From: an uncultured Candidatus Babeliaceae bacterium
GTDB lineage: Bacteria > Babelota > Babeliae > Babelales > Babelaceae
NCBI GenBank assembly: GCA_963704655.1
Contig: OY969927.1
Location: 352,001 to 416,000, forward strand
DNA length: 64,000 nt
Direction of reading: 5' to 3'
This document shows positions 1-8,739 of this stretch, piece by piece; positions within the stretch are counted from its first letter, which is position 1; each line of letters begins with the position of its first letter. A model generated the notes under the pieces. That model was not told where the DNA came from, ran no database searches, and worked only from the letters and a program-made list of their open reading frames with translations. The translations under genes and the position numbers were made by a program.

Positions 1-2502
1 GGTGATCTTACGGTGACTAACACCTTAACTACCAATTGGTTAACTATTCAAAATAGTCCAGTTTTCTCAACAGATGGCGCCAATAAAGCTTATGTCGATG
101 GGGTTGCTCAGGGATTACATGTTGCAGCGCCATGCACTGCACTTGGAGATTCAAATATCAGTTTGCTCTCTGGCGCCATAACTATTGACGGTGTATCACT
201 TGTTGTTGGCAATCGTGTATTGCTTATTGGGCAAACAAGCTCAGTTGAAAATGGTATTTGGGTTGTACAATCTGGTTCATGGACACGACCAGTAGATTTT
301 GCAACTGGAAATAGTGCGCAAGCAATTTATGCATTTATACAATCTGGGTCAACATATGGTGACACCGCATATTTTTGTACTACATTAGACCCGAATGCGG
401 TAATTGATACTGACGCACTTACCTTTGTGCAGTTCGGTAATGTTCAGGATGTTACAGGTCAAAACTTAGGAAGTGGAGCGTCAGTATTTGCTCAAAAATA
501 TGGACAAACGTTACAATTTAAATCACTTGATGCAGGGCAAAATATCTTTATATCTTCTTCTGATACCGATATTACGATAGATCTTCCATCTGCATTAAAT
601 ATCTCTGGTAAAATAACTGCCGGCACTGATATTAAGGGCGCAAGTATTAGTGATGGTATTGCGCTATTAACCAGTGGTAATTTGAATCTAAATAATCTTA
701 TTTCAACGGCTACGGTTACAAGTTCTGATGGATCGGCTGCGTATCCAAGTTTTAATTTTGCATCATCGCCACAGACAGGAATTTCTGCACAGACGCCTGA
801 CACATTAGTATTATCAACAGCGGGAGTTAACAACTTGCAAATTAATTCTTCAGGAATTATTCAAATTCCCGCGTTTACATCACCAGGAATTGTGCATAAC
901 GATGCTTCAGGAAATCTTTCTTCGTCATTAATAACCAGTGCCGATATATCAGCAACTGCCGGTATAGCAGATACGCAACTTGGTATTATTCATACTGCGG
1001 GTAAAGTTGCTAATAGCGCTACAACAGCAACAAATAATAATAATCAAAATACTATTGTCATGCGCGACATGAATGGTAACTTTTCTGCAGGCGCGGTGAG
1101 CGCCTCTTTGCAAGCACCGAGTGGTTCAGTAACTTCGCCATCGGTGGCTTTTGCAAATTCACTTAATGCAGGCTTATCATCGCCCGTTGCAGGCCAGCTG
1201 AGCATAAGTGCAGGTGGTGCAGAATTATTACAATTGCAAGCGGGTGGAAATATCTATGTTCCTGGTTTTGTTTCAAATAATGGGGTGGTAAAATCAACAT
1301 CGGGTATATTAAGCTCCGCGCCGTTATATGATGCGGATATCGCAGTTGGCGCTTCTATACAAGATACAAAATTAGCAACCATACAAAGTGCTAATAAAGT
1401 TGCAAATAGCGCAACTTCTGCAACATCGGCTAATAGTGCTAATACTATTGTCGCACGTGATGGATCTGGTAACTTTGTTGCAAATACAGCAACATTTGTT
1501 GCAACAAATAATCATCTTGTATTGGGCAGTGGTAATACGGTTACCATTAATGCTGCCACTCCTGCAGTTTCACGTACGTATACAGTTCCAGACACCGGTA
1601 CATCAACTTCTACGTTTATGATGGTTGATGGCGCACAAACTATGAATGGTCCACTTACCTGTAATCAACTTTCTGTGACGCCGGGTAGCTTTACGGTGGG
1701 TTCACAAACCGGGGTTGTTACGGCAAATAGCGGTCTTTATGGTGCATCGGTTGGAAATGCTGGTCAACGTCTTGCAACATTTGGCAGCACACCAACTGTT
1801 GGGTGGTACAAGTCAATTGAGCCATCACGCGAGTCATTATTCTTTGATGATTTTACTGGCCCGCTGTTTGATACGCAGTGGTATGCTGGCGGATCGATTG
1901 GTAGTGTAACAGCACCAAGTGCTTCTGCAACGGGCATGGAGATTGGCGTTATTCAACTTGGCACGGCTGGCGCACCAGATGGTTCTACGGTAATTAATAA
2001 ACAACTTAATGGCACTGTGCTTGGCAATGGAACATGTTATGTTGAATGGCGCGTTGCAGTGCCAACATTATCAACAAGTAATCAGCAGTTTACCTTCAGA
2101 TGTGGTCTTGGTGATAGCAGTGTTGGCAACGGTGTTCCGCAGGCAAATCCAACAACGGGTATTTGGTTTGAACATAGCGGTACTAATATTTCACCTACAT
2201 GGATCATTAATTGTGCATCTGCAGGAAACACTACTTCCATTCCTACTACGCAGGTTATTGCTCAGGGTGTCTATTATCGATTAGGACTTTTAGTAGATGC
2301 TGCTGCTGATTCGGTATCATACTATATTAATGACGTGCTTGTTGGGGTTAGTTCTGGAACGAATCCAATTACTACAAATATTCCGACTACGGTACAACCT
2401 GTTGGTTTATTTGCGCATCTTATTAAATCATCAGGAACAACGGCGCGTACGGCAAACTTGGATTATGCAATGTACCAGTATGTTTATACGAGCCAACGAT
2501 AG
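1..2502 (+). CDS. Phage-tail-fibre-like / fibre adhesin protein, probably 5'-partial
   Basis: Frame is open from base 1. N-terminal 'ANKAYVD..AQGL...IDGVSLVVGNRVLL..Q...ENGIW' block is typical of tail-fibre proteins. Two internal copies of a 'GS...PS..F...AD..L..I..A.KVANSAT.AT..N..NTIV.RD..GNF' unit. Beta-rich C-terminal head. Confidence 0.65.
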   Translation, partial: GDLTVTNTLTTNWLTIQNSPVFSTDGANKAYVDGVAQGLHVAAPCTALGDSNISLLSGAITIDGVSLVVGNRVLLIGQTSSVENGIWVVQSGSWTRPVDFATGNSAQAIYAFIQSGSTYGDTAYFCTTLDPNAVIDTDALTFVQFGNVQDVTGQNLGSGASVFAQKYGQTLQFKSLDAGQNIFISSSDTDITIDLPSALNISGKITAGTDIKGASISDGIALLTSGNLNLNNLISTATVTSSDGSAAYPSFNFASSPQTGISAQTPDTLVLSTAGVNNLQINSSGIIQIPAFTSPGIVHNDASGNLSSSLITSADISATAGIADTQLGIIHTAGKVANSATTATNNNNQNTIVMRDMNGNFSAGAVSASLQAPSGSVTSPSVAFANSLNAGLSSPVAGQLSISAGGAELLQLQAGGNIYVPGFVSNNGVVKSTSGILSSAPLYDADIAVGASIQDTKLATIQSANKVANSATSATSANSANTIVARDGSGNFVANTATFVATNNHLVLGSGNTVTINAATPAVSRTYTVPDTGTSTSTFMMVDGAQTMNGPLTCNQLSVTPGSFTVGSQTGVVTANSGLYGASVGNAGQRLATFGSTPTVGWYKSIEPSRESLFFDDFTGPLFDTQWYAGGSIGSVTAPSASATGMEIGVIQLGTAGAPDGSTVINKQLNGTVLGNGTCYVEWRVAVPTLSTSNQQFTFRCGLGDSSVGNGVPQANPTTGIWFEHSGTNISPTWIINCASAGNTTSIPTTQVIAQGVYYRLGLLVDAAADSVSYYINDVLVGVSSGTNPITTNIPTTVQPVGLFAHLIKSSGTTARTANLDYAMYQYVYTSQR

Positions 2503-2525
2503 AGATAGTATTAATGCCCCTTTAA

Positions 2526-2738
2526 TTTGTTGCTACAATTTTAAATCAATGTGGATTTGAAGATGCCTTAGCGATAGAAATGAAAGACGGTAAGATTATT
2601 TTGTCAGCTTATAAAAGTAACAATGTACGAGAAAATTGGGATAAAGCATTTAAGGCTATGGCTCAAGCAGGAGATGATGAACTTTTAGATTCGGAACTTA
2701 TGACGTTAGGATCTGATGATAAGGAATGGACGTGGTAA
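2526..2738 (+). pseudogene. AbrB/MazE-type antitoxin remnant, N-terminus missing
   Basis: Manual translation ATILNQCGFEDALAIEMKDGKIILS...RENWDKAFKAMAQAGDDELLD...DDKEWTW*. In-frame stop upstream at 2523 and no start codon covering the N-terminal part. Confidence 0.7.
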
Positions 2739-2779
2739 AGTGTAAGCAATTTGAAGTTTATCTTGTTAATTTAACGTAA
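2732..2779 (+). pseudogene. PemK/MazF toxin N-terminal remnant
   Basis: GTG overlapping the antitoxin stop gives MVKCKQFEVYLVNLT*, matching the MazF start 'QFEVYLVNL(DP)'. Truncated at the edge of an inverted-repeat element. Confidence 0.6.
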
Positions 2780-3041
2780 GTTCGTTGATAAAAAATAGCT
2801 GAAATACTATTGTTTCAGAGTTAAATTGCGAATTATTAAGGTGTCATTCCGGACTTGATTCGGAATCCGCCTAACATGTGTAAAAGTCGAAAATATCACG
2901 TTAATTTAATCGATTATATTTTAGTAGATGGATTCCGGATCCCAGCCTGCGCCAGGGGCTCTGGCGGGCAGGCACGTCCGGAATGACACGGTGGGTTCGA
3001 AAAGCTTTTAATTGCAACACATTTCATCGAACTTCGTTAAA
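2770..3041. mobile_element. MITE-like element with imperfect terminal inverted repeats and an internal REP pair
   Basis: Left end tttaacgtaagttcgttga vs reverse complement of the right end tttaacgaagttcgatga. Internal inverted REPs gtgtcattccggacttgattcggaatcc (2841-2868) and ggattccggat...tccggaatgacac (2930-2989). Confidence 0.55.
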
Positions 3042-3126
3042 ACAAGATCTTCATTAATTTCTTTTATAGTTTTTAATAAGTTTTTTTGTTATTTTTTAAA
3101 AGTGGCTAACTATTCTAGGAGGTTTT

Positions 3127-3681
3127 GTGTCTGTTCCCTTACTTGTGTTTATTGCAAGCCCGTTTATTATTTTTGATTTGCGGTACACGACGCCTGATAA
3201 CTTTGTTGGAAAAGTTCTTTATCCGCCAAATGCACGTGCGTATGCGCGTAAAGAAGTTGCAGCGGCACTTGTTAATGCTGCACAAGAATTGTATGCAAAG
3301 CATGGGTATAAGCTCGTGATATGGGACGCCTATCGACCACTTTCTGTACAAAAAGAGATGTGGAAAGTTTGTTCAGATGAACGATATGTGGGCAACCCGG
3401 CAAAAGGCTCTAATCATAATCGCGGGTTAGCAATTGACTGTTCTTTGGCCGACAAAGACGGCAACCTATGCGCCATGCCAACTAAGTTTGATGATTTTAC
3501 TCCCGCAGCTCATCGTGGTGATTATAAAAAATGTTCTAAAGATGTTCAAAAACGCATGCATATTTTTGAAGAAGTTATGTATCGACATGGCTTTACCGGT
3601 ATGCCTACTGAATGGTGGCACTTTGATTTTCCGTCACCTGATAGAACTATTCTGGATATCTCTTTTGATGAGCTTGCATGA
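3127..3681 (+). CDS. ddpX: D-Ala-D-Ala dipeptidase (M15D, VanX/DdpX family)
   Basis: Motifs DLRYTT..NF, WDAYRP, SNHNRGLAID, EWWHF. Confidence 0.9.
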   Translation: MSVPLLVFIASPFIIFDLRYTTPDNFVGKVLYPPNARAYARKEVAAALVNAAQELYAKHGYKLVIWDAYRPLSVQKEMWKVCSDERYVGNPAKGSNHNRGLAIDCSLADKDGNLCAMPTKFDDFTPAAHRGDYKKCSKDVQKRMHIFEEVMYRHGFTGMPTEWWHFDFPSPDRTILDISFDELA

Positions 3682-4724
3682 AAAATTGTTTATTTAAAAA
3701 AATAATTTTCACTTTTTTAAGTATCGCCAGCTCTACTATCACTGCGCGCTCATGGACAACCACGTATCATTTTACCCCAAAGGTATTCCATGAATATCCA
3801 GGCATAATTGTTGTAGAAAAAAAGGCTCAAGAGCCATTTGCGCAACTTCTTGTTTCTTGGAACGCTGATTTGCCAAGCCATGGGTACTTGCGATTTTATG
3901 TAGAAGTTTTTGATGAAAAAAAACATGAGTGGTTAATATATAAAATGTATGAATGGGGTAACGGTATACAACGTTCATTTGCTGAAAAAAATAAACAGTC
4001 TGGTGGTGCGCAGTATACGCATGTGCGCTTTGAGGGCGCCCCTGGAAGTTTGTATCATACATTTAAAATAAAAGTTGAATCAGTTGATGGCGCAGAACTT
4101 TCTGCTTTACGTCACATAGCGGTTTGTGCTTGCGATTTGTCTCTTTTTGAAAATGAAACGGTAGGGTTATTGCATGCGACGTATTTTAAAAATAAGTATA
4201 TGTATCTTGCAGATGTGCCCTGTATTTCACAGCATGATGAACAATTTCCTGAAAGCACTGGTTGGTGCTCGCCCACTTCGTTAGCACAGGTTATTGAATA
4301 TTATACGCATAAGCCGATTGATCTTCCTGCTTTTGCGCGAGCGGTATTTGATGAAAAATTAGCTGCATACGGAAGTTGGCCCTTTAATACTGCACAAGCT
4401 GGGGTGTGTCTACCTGAGCATGTTTGTTATATTACACGTTTAAATTCTATAAAAAATTTGATTAAATTGTTATCTCATGGATATCCGGTAGTGGTGAGTA
4501 TCTGTTGCGCAAAGCCATTGCCAGGTGCGCCTAAGGCTTATGATAAAGGTCATTTAATTACCGTAGTTGGTTATGACCTAAGAAAAAATGAGATTATTTG
4601 TCATGATACCGCAGAAAAAGATGAAGCGCATATGATAAAAAATTATCCGTTAGAGCCTTTTATGCAGGCATGGGAACGGCGCCAAAGATTAGCATATGTT
4701 ATTGTCCCTGCTAAAATAGCTTGA
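3678..4724 (+). CDS. Secreted peptidase C39-like protein
   Basis: Signal peptide; Q...WCSPTS (catalytic Cys), YGSWPFN, GHLITVVGYD...HD. Confidence 0.8.
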   Translation: MKNCLFKKIIFTFLSIASSTITARSWTTTYHFTPKVFHEYPGIIVVEKKAQEPFAQLLVSWNADLPSHGYLRFYVEVFDEKKHEWLIYKMYEWGNGIQRSFAEKNKQSGGAQYTHVRFEGAPGSLYHTFKIKVESVDGAELSALRHIAVCACDLSLFENETVGLLHATYFKNKYMYLADVPCISQHDEQFPESTGWCSPTSLAQVIEYYTHKPIDLPAFARAVFDEKLAAYGSWPFNTAQAGVCLPEHVCYITRLNSIKNLIKLLSHGYPVVVSICCAKPLPGAPKAYDKGHLITVVGYDLRKNEIICHDTAEKDEAHMIKNYPLEPFMQAWERRQRLAYVIVPAKIA

Positions 4725-5877
4725 AAATTTTAACGGGCGATTCTTTAAAATTATTTCCAAATTTATCTAAGCGCATAACTTGATGCTTTTTATAATAAGC
4801 ATGTAAAAGATCGTCCCACGTATGAATCTTTTTAAGAAGCTGGTCAAGTTTAATGGTGTGTAGTTTTCCTACAAAATTTTCATAGCCAACAGCTTGCGTA
4901 ACCAGAGTGTTTTTAATGTCGGTGATAACAACCACATGCCCTTGTAACCATATAAGATCACCTTCTTGAAGAGTATCGGCAGGAGTAAATTTCTTTCCAT
5001 ATTTTTCAAGCATCGCTGTTGTTTTGAAATTATAGGGAACTTGCGCTATTTGTGCAAAACGCAATACCAGTAATGAACAGTCATAGCCGCATAGCGGAAT
5101 GGTTTCACTTTCTTTACGGTGAAAACGACCAGCATCTTCAATAAAATCATCGCTATAGGCGCGTGTAAAGCTTCCACCGCCCCAGACATAAGGAATCGTA
5201 TTATATGGCGTTTGTTGATCTATTTCATCTACAAATTCCGTTAAAAGTTTTATAAAATCTTGGCGGGATTCTGCTGTTGACAGTTTTTTACTTTTAAAAG
5301 CATGTGAACGTGGTATAAAAAAATATTTTAACGATTTTATGTGAGTATCAAGGTACATTACGTGAAATGCGTCAGGTTCGTGCTGGTCCTGAGCGCAGAC
5401 AAATTGTGTACCAACTGAATACCTTGTGCCGTTAGGGCCAGTAAAAGGGCGCTTTAACGTAATGACATTTTTTTTATGCGCATACTGTGGAATTGTTGGT
5501 AATAGTTCGTGATGGTTTGGGATGGCGTCTATGAAGATAATATTTTTTCGTTCTGCCCAATAACGACATAGTGGCTTGCCATGAGTATCATAGCCGTATA
5601 CTGCCCAAGGTATTGATAACGCAATCATGTTTCCAGAAATTTCTAGCACCTCAAAGCATTCGTTAAAGAGTCCTTGATGTATCCGTGGGCAAACTATAGA
5701 ATCTCGTGTTGCTGCTGGAATAGGCGTATCCGGTAGGTTTGCCGAACCGTAAAGGTCTATGACAGGATATTTTATGAGAGCATACTTTTTAAAGTCATGC
5801 AGGTTATAGTTTGCATCTGCCGTTTTTATAAAAAAGATTATGGCACTCAGTGCCATGAAAAAGATTTTTTGTCCCAT
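4711..5877 (-). CDS. NlpC/P60 family cell-wall endopeptidase
   Basis: PYVWGG, GYDCS, GDLIWLQGHV motifs. Start moved to MGQKIFF, which follows a GGGGAG SD and begins a signal peptide. Confidence 0.8.
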   Translation of the reverse strand: MGQKIFFMALSAIIFFIKTADANYNLHDFKKYALIKYPVIDLYGSANLPDTPIPAATRDSIVCPRIHQGLFNECFEVLEISGNMIALSIPWAVYGYDTHGKPLCRYWAERKNIIFIDAIPNHHELLPTIPQYAHKKNVITLKRPFTGPNGTRYSVGTQFVCAQDQHEPDAFHVMYLDTHIKSLKYFFIPRSHAFKSKKLSTAESRQDFIKLLTEFVDEIDQQTPYNTIPYVWGGGSFTRAYSDDFIEDAGRFHRKESETIPLCGYDCSLLVLRFAQIAQVPYNFKTTAMLEKYGKKFTPADTLQEGDLIWLQGHVVVITDIKNTLVTQAVGYENFVGKLHTIKLDQLLKKIHTWDDLLHAYYKKHQVMRLDKFGNNFKESPVKIFKLF

Positions 5878-6008
5878 ATGTCTTTCTCCCCTACTATTTA
5901 AGATAGGTGGTTTAATGGGCTTAAAGCAATCTTTTAAAGGGGCTTGTGTTATGCACCATTTTTTTGGTATAGTTCCAGAAAATGAGCATGTCACCTTGTT
6001 AACGTAAA

Positions 6009-6036
6009 AGATCCCGGATCGAGTCCGGGATGACAC
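6009..6036. repeat. REP-like palindrome (GTCA-tagged family)
   Basis: agatcccggatcgagtccgggatgacac, a reverse-complement relative of 2841-2868. Confidence 0.8.
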
Positions 6037-6052
6037 CATCATAGGAGAATTT

Positions 6053-6526
6053 ATGATACAGACACATATTGGACTTTCTGAAACTGTCCGTAAGCACGTA
6101 AGTGAAAAATTAACGGTTATTATTTCTTATCAATTTACGCTGTATATTAAGACCCTTAAGTTCCATTGGAACGTGCAGGGCATGAATTTTAAGCCATTAC
6201 ATCTTTTTTTTGAAGAGCAGTATGAAGCTATGCTCGAGATAGTCGATGAAGTTGCCGAGCGTATTCGTGCATTGGGCCATATGGCTCCTGGAACCATGGC
6301 AGAGTTTATGAAACTTTCTAAACTTACCGAAAGCCCCGGTGAAAATCCGAACGATAAGGGCATGATCCAAGCATTATTGCATGACCATGAATCTATTATT
6401 CAGCTTGTCCGTAAAGAAATAGATGCAACGGCTGAATTGGGCGATATGGGGACCAATAACTTTTTATGCGATATTTTGGAAAAGCATGAAAAAATGGCCT
6501 GGATGCTCCGCGCATTTGTAGAATAA
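6053..6526 (+). CDS. dps: Dps ferritin-like DNA protection protein
   Basis: HWNVQG..F..LH..FEEQY, DEVAERIRALG, HEKMAWML; SD AGGAG. Confidence 0.95.
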   Translation: MIQTHIGLSETVRKHVSEKLTVIISYQFTLYIKTLKFHWNVQGMNFKPLHLFFEEQYEAMLEIVDEVAERIRALGHMAPGTMAEFMKLSKLTESPGENPNDKGMIQALLHDHESIIQLVRKEIDATAELGDMGTNNFLCDILEKHEKMAWMLRAFVE

Positions 6527-6553
6527 CAGTTTTTTAAAGCTGCATCTGCAAGG

Positions 6554-7075
6554 TTAGGCGCTGTATTTTATTAAAAGCCATGCTCCAACGGCGAGTGTGG
6601 CTGATATACATGTTGCTACCCCGTCTTTTTGTGTAAATTGAGCATCATTATGATTGATATGTTTGTTTGCGATAAGCCCAGCTAGCATTAATGACAAAGC
6701 AAATGTTCCAACACCACCGATAACATAACCGGCCTGTTTCATGAGTGCAGAAAGTTGAGTCGTTGTTTTTTCAGTATCCATTGTAAGTATTACGGGGATC
6801 TTTTCATCAGCTTTAATCTTTATTCCATTAGTTAAAGCTCTATCAAGAAATGCGATAGTTTCTGGGTTTACGCCAACGGAATTACCTATTTTTGAGAGGT
6901 TTTCTGAACTTTTTAAAAGCGTGTCTTGGCTTTTGTCGATAAGATCAGCAAAGGCAAGTATCGAAGCTATATTTGCCTCTCTGTTATTCTTTTTTTCATC
7001 TGCTAATGCATGAGCAAAGAAAATGTTTAAAGATGCTAATGTGCACAAAGATGTTATTATTAATTTTTTCTTCAT
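6554..7075 (-). CDS. Hypothetical exported protein with C-terminal hydrophobic hairpin
   Basis: MKKK signal peptide and two hydrophobic segments near the C-terminus. Confidence 0.65.
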   Translation of the reverse strand: MKKKLIITSLCTLASLNIFFAHALADEKKNNREANIASILAFADLIDKSQDTLLKSSENLSKIGNSVGVNPETIAFLDRALTNGIKIKADEKIPVILTMDTEKTTTQLSALMKQAGYVIGGVGTFALSLMLAGLIANKHINHNDAQFTQKDGVATCISATLAVGAWLLIKYSA

Positions 7076-7165
7076 AAGTTTCCTATTTCTATGGTGAATT
7101 ATTACTTCACTGAGTAAACCAGCTTATAGAAAAAAATAGTTTTTTCAAAAATTGATATTTGTAAA

Positions 7166-7546
7166 TTATTTTCTGTATTCCAAACTCCATAAGAATAAGA
7201 GTGTTCCTGCGCTTACGGCAAGTCCAGCAGCAGGGATTACCCAATCACTCTGCGTGCGTTCTGCTACAGGCTTAGATGGGTATTTATTGAAAAGTTGGTG
7301 CGCAGAATAACAGCCTACAACAAGTGCTAATGTGCCAATACCTGAGGGACGCAAAGCATTTATGAGCCTATCTATAGATTTGGTAAGGGCTTGCGTTTGT
7401 TGGGTTGTGCTTTGCATGAAGGCGTTTAGTTGAGGGATATTGATTGTTGCTGGGGGGATAGTGATGGTCGCTGTTGCTGGCGCTACCATCGCTTGTGCTG
7501 ATTGCATGGATACCATCAAACAAAGAATGATTTTTTTAAATGACAT
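7166..7546 (-). CDS. Hypothetical exported protein with C-terminal hydrophobic hairpin
   Basis: Signal peptide (..AQA) and two C-terminal hydrophobic segments; same architecture as its neighbour. Confidence 0.65.
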   Translation of the reverse strand: MSFKKIILCLMVSMQSAQAMVAPATATITIPPATINIPQLNAFMQSTTQQTQALTKSIDRLINALRPSGIGTLALVVGCYSAHQLFNKYPSKPVAERTQSDWVIPAAGLAVSAGTLLFLWSLEYRK

Positions 7547-7842
7547 ATCTGGTCCTTCATCTTATAAGATAGCTTATAGATAGTTTTTGATAGTATATAT
7601 AACCAACACCATTTTTTCTATTTTTTGTTGACTCGATAAAGTTTTTTGGTTATTATTTTTTTTAAATGCTTATGAATTAATTAATTGTAAAAAATATGTA
7701 TAAAAAGCTGTTTTCTCTTCTTATTACTCTTATTCTTATTGTGATCGCCTGATGGCGATATATATTCATTAGTGTCTTTCGGCACATCTAACTTTTTTCG
7801 TTATTATTTTTTTCTTAAATTTTTTATTTCCGAGATTTCTTT

Positions 7843-8685
7843 ATGAAGTATACATATAGATCTGTTTATATCGTTATAGCTATGACGGTTGCATCAGCTC
7901 AGGCAGAAAATGAGTCTAAAAGTCTTGGTAGTTTTGTTGCAAAAAATGCCTTATTAGGGGCTATTGCCGGTGGTTTAGAGGTAACGGTTAACCAGCCTTT
8001 AGTAACTATCAAAAATAGTTTGCAGCAGCGGCTGCCGATAGCTTTTGACCGCACTTTGTATAAAGGGTATATGGTTAATGCTGGTAGCATGGGGCCGATT
8101 ACAGCGGCTCAGGTAACGGTATATGCGTTGATAAAAAAACAATTCGAGTCGCACGGTAGAGCTCTTTCTGATGCGCAGAATTTGGGGGCTGGTTTTGCAG
8201 CAGGTGCTGTCTCTGGTCTGGTAAGTGGTCCGGCTGAGCTTATTATGTTAAAACAGAAAAATAGTGGTAAAACATTGCAACAGGCTTTTACTGATGTTAT
8301 GAGACAAAAGGGTGTTGCTGGGTTATGGCGCGGCTTTGTGCCAGCGGCAATGCGTGACGGTGGTTTTACTATGGGGTATCTTGCTTTAGGCGATGTCTTT
8401 AAGAACCCTATCAAAAAGATAGTTCATGATGAGCGTCTTGCTTCATTGACGGCCGGCATTTGTGCAGGTTTAGTAGTTGCTCCTCCAACGCACCCTTTTG
8501 ATACAATAAAGACTATTATGCAGGCAGAAGATATAACGCTTAAGCAGGCTATGTATAAAAAATACCGGTCACATGGTGTTCAGGGTTTTTTTGACGGGTT
8601 GTCACCACGTGCGTTCAGGATTCTCTTGGCAATACCTTTAATGAGTATGGTTAAGTATGAACTTTCGCTGCACTTGGATCTTTAG
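7843..8685 (+). CDS. Mitochondrial carrier family (SLC25-like) protein with N-terminal signal peptide
   Basis: Three repeats with Px(D/E)xx(K/R)-like signatures QPLVTIK, GPAELIMLK, HPFDTIK and G..GL(W/F).G..P motifs (GVAGLWRGFVP, GVQGFFDGLSP). Confidence 0.88.
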   Translation: MKYTYRSVYIVIAMTVASAQAENESKSLGSFVAKNALLGAIAGGLEVTVNQPLVTIKNSLQQRLPIAFDRTLYKGYMVNAGSMGPITAAQVTVYALIKKQFESHGRALSDAQNLGAGFAAGAVSGLVSGPAELIMLKQKNSGKTLQQAFTDVMRQKGVAGLWRGFVPAAMRDGGFTMGYLALGDVFKNPIKKIVHDERLASLTAGICAGLVVAPPTHPFDTIKTIMQAEDITLKQAMYKKYRSHGVQGFFDGLSPRAFRILLAIPLMSMVKYELSLHLDL

Positions 8686-8739
8686 TCTAAAAAAATGCTA
8701 TAATATTGAAATAATCTTATATTGTTGCTTGGAATGTGT

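Noticed and set aside
5878-6042. N-terminal extensions in the ORF track (also 17563-17838, 29465, 30831, 31213, 41180, 58288)
   Set aside because: Downstream ATGs have SD sequences and/or signal peptides matching paralogs; the extensions run through repeats or neighbouring genes
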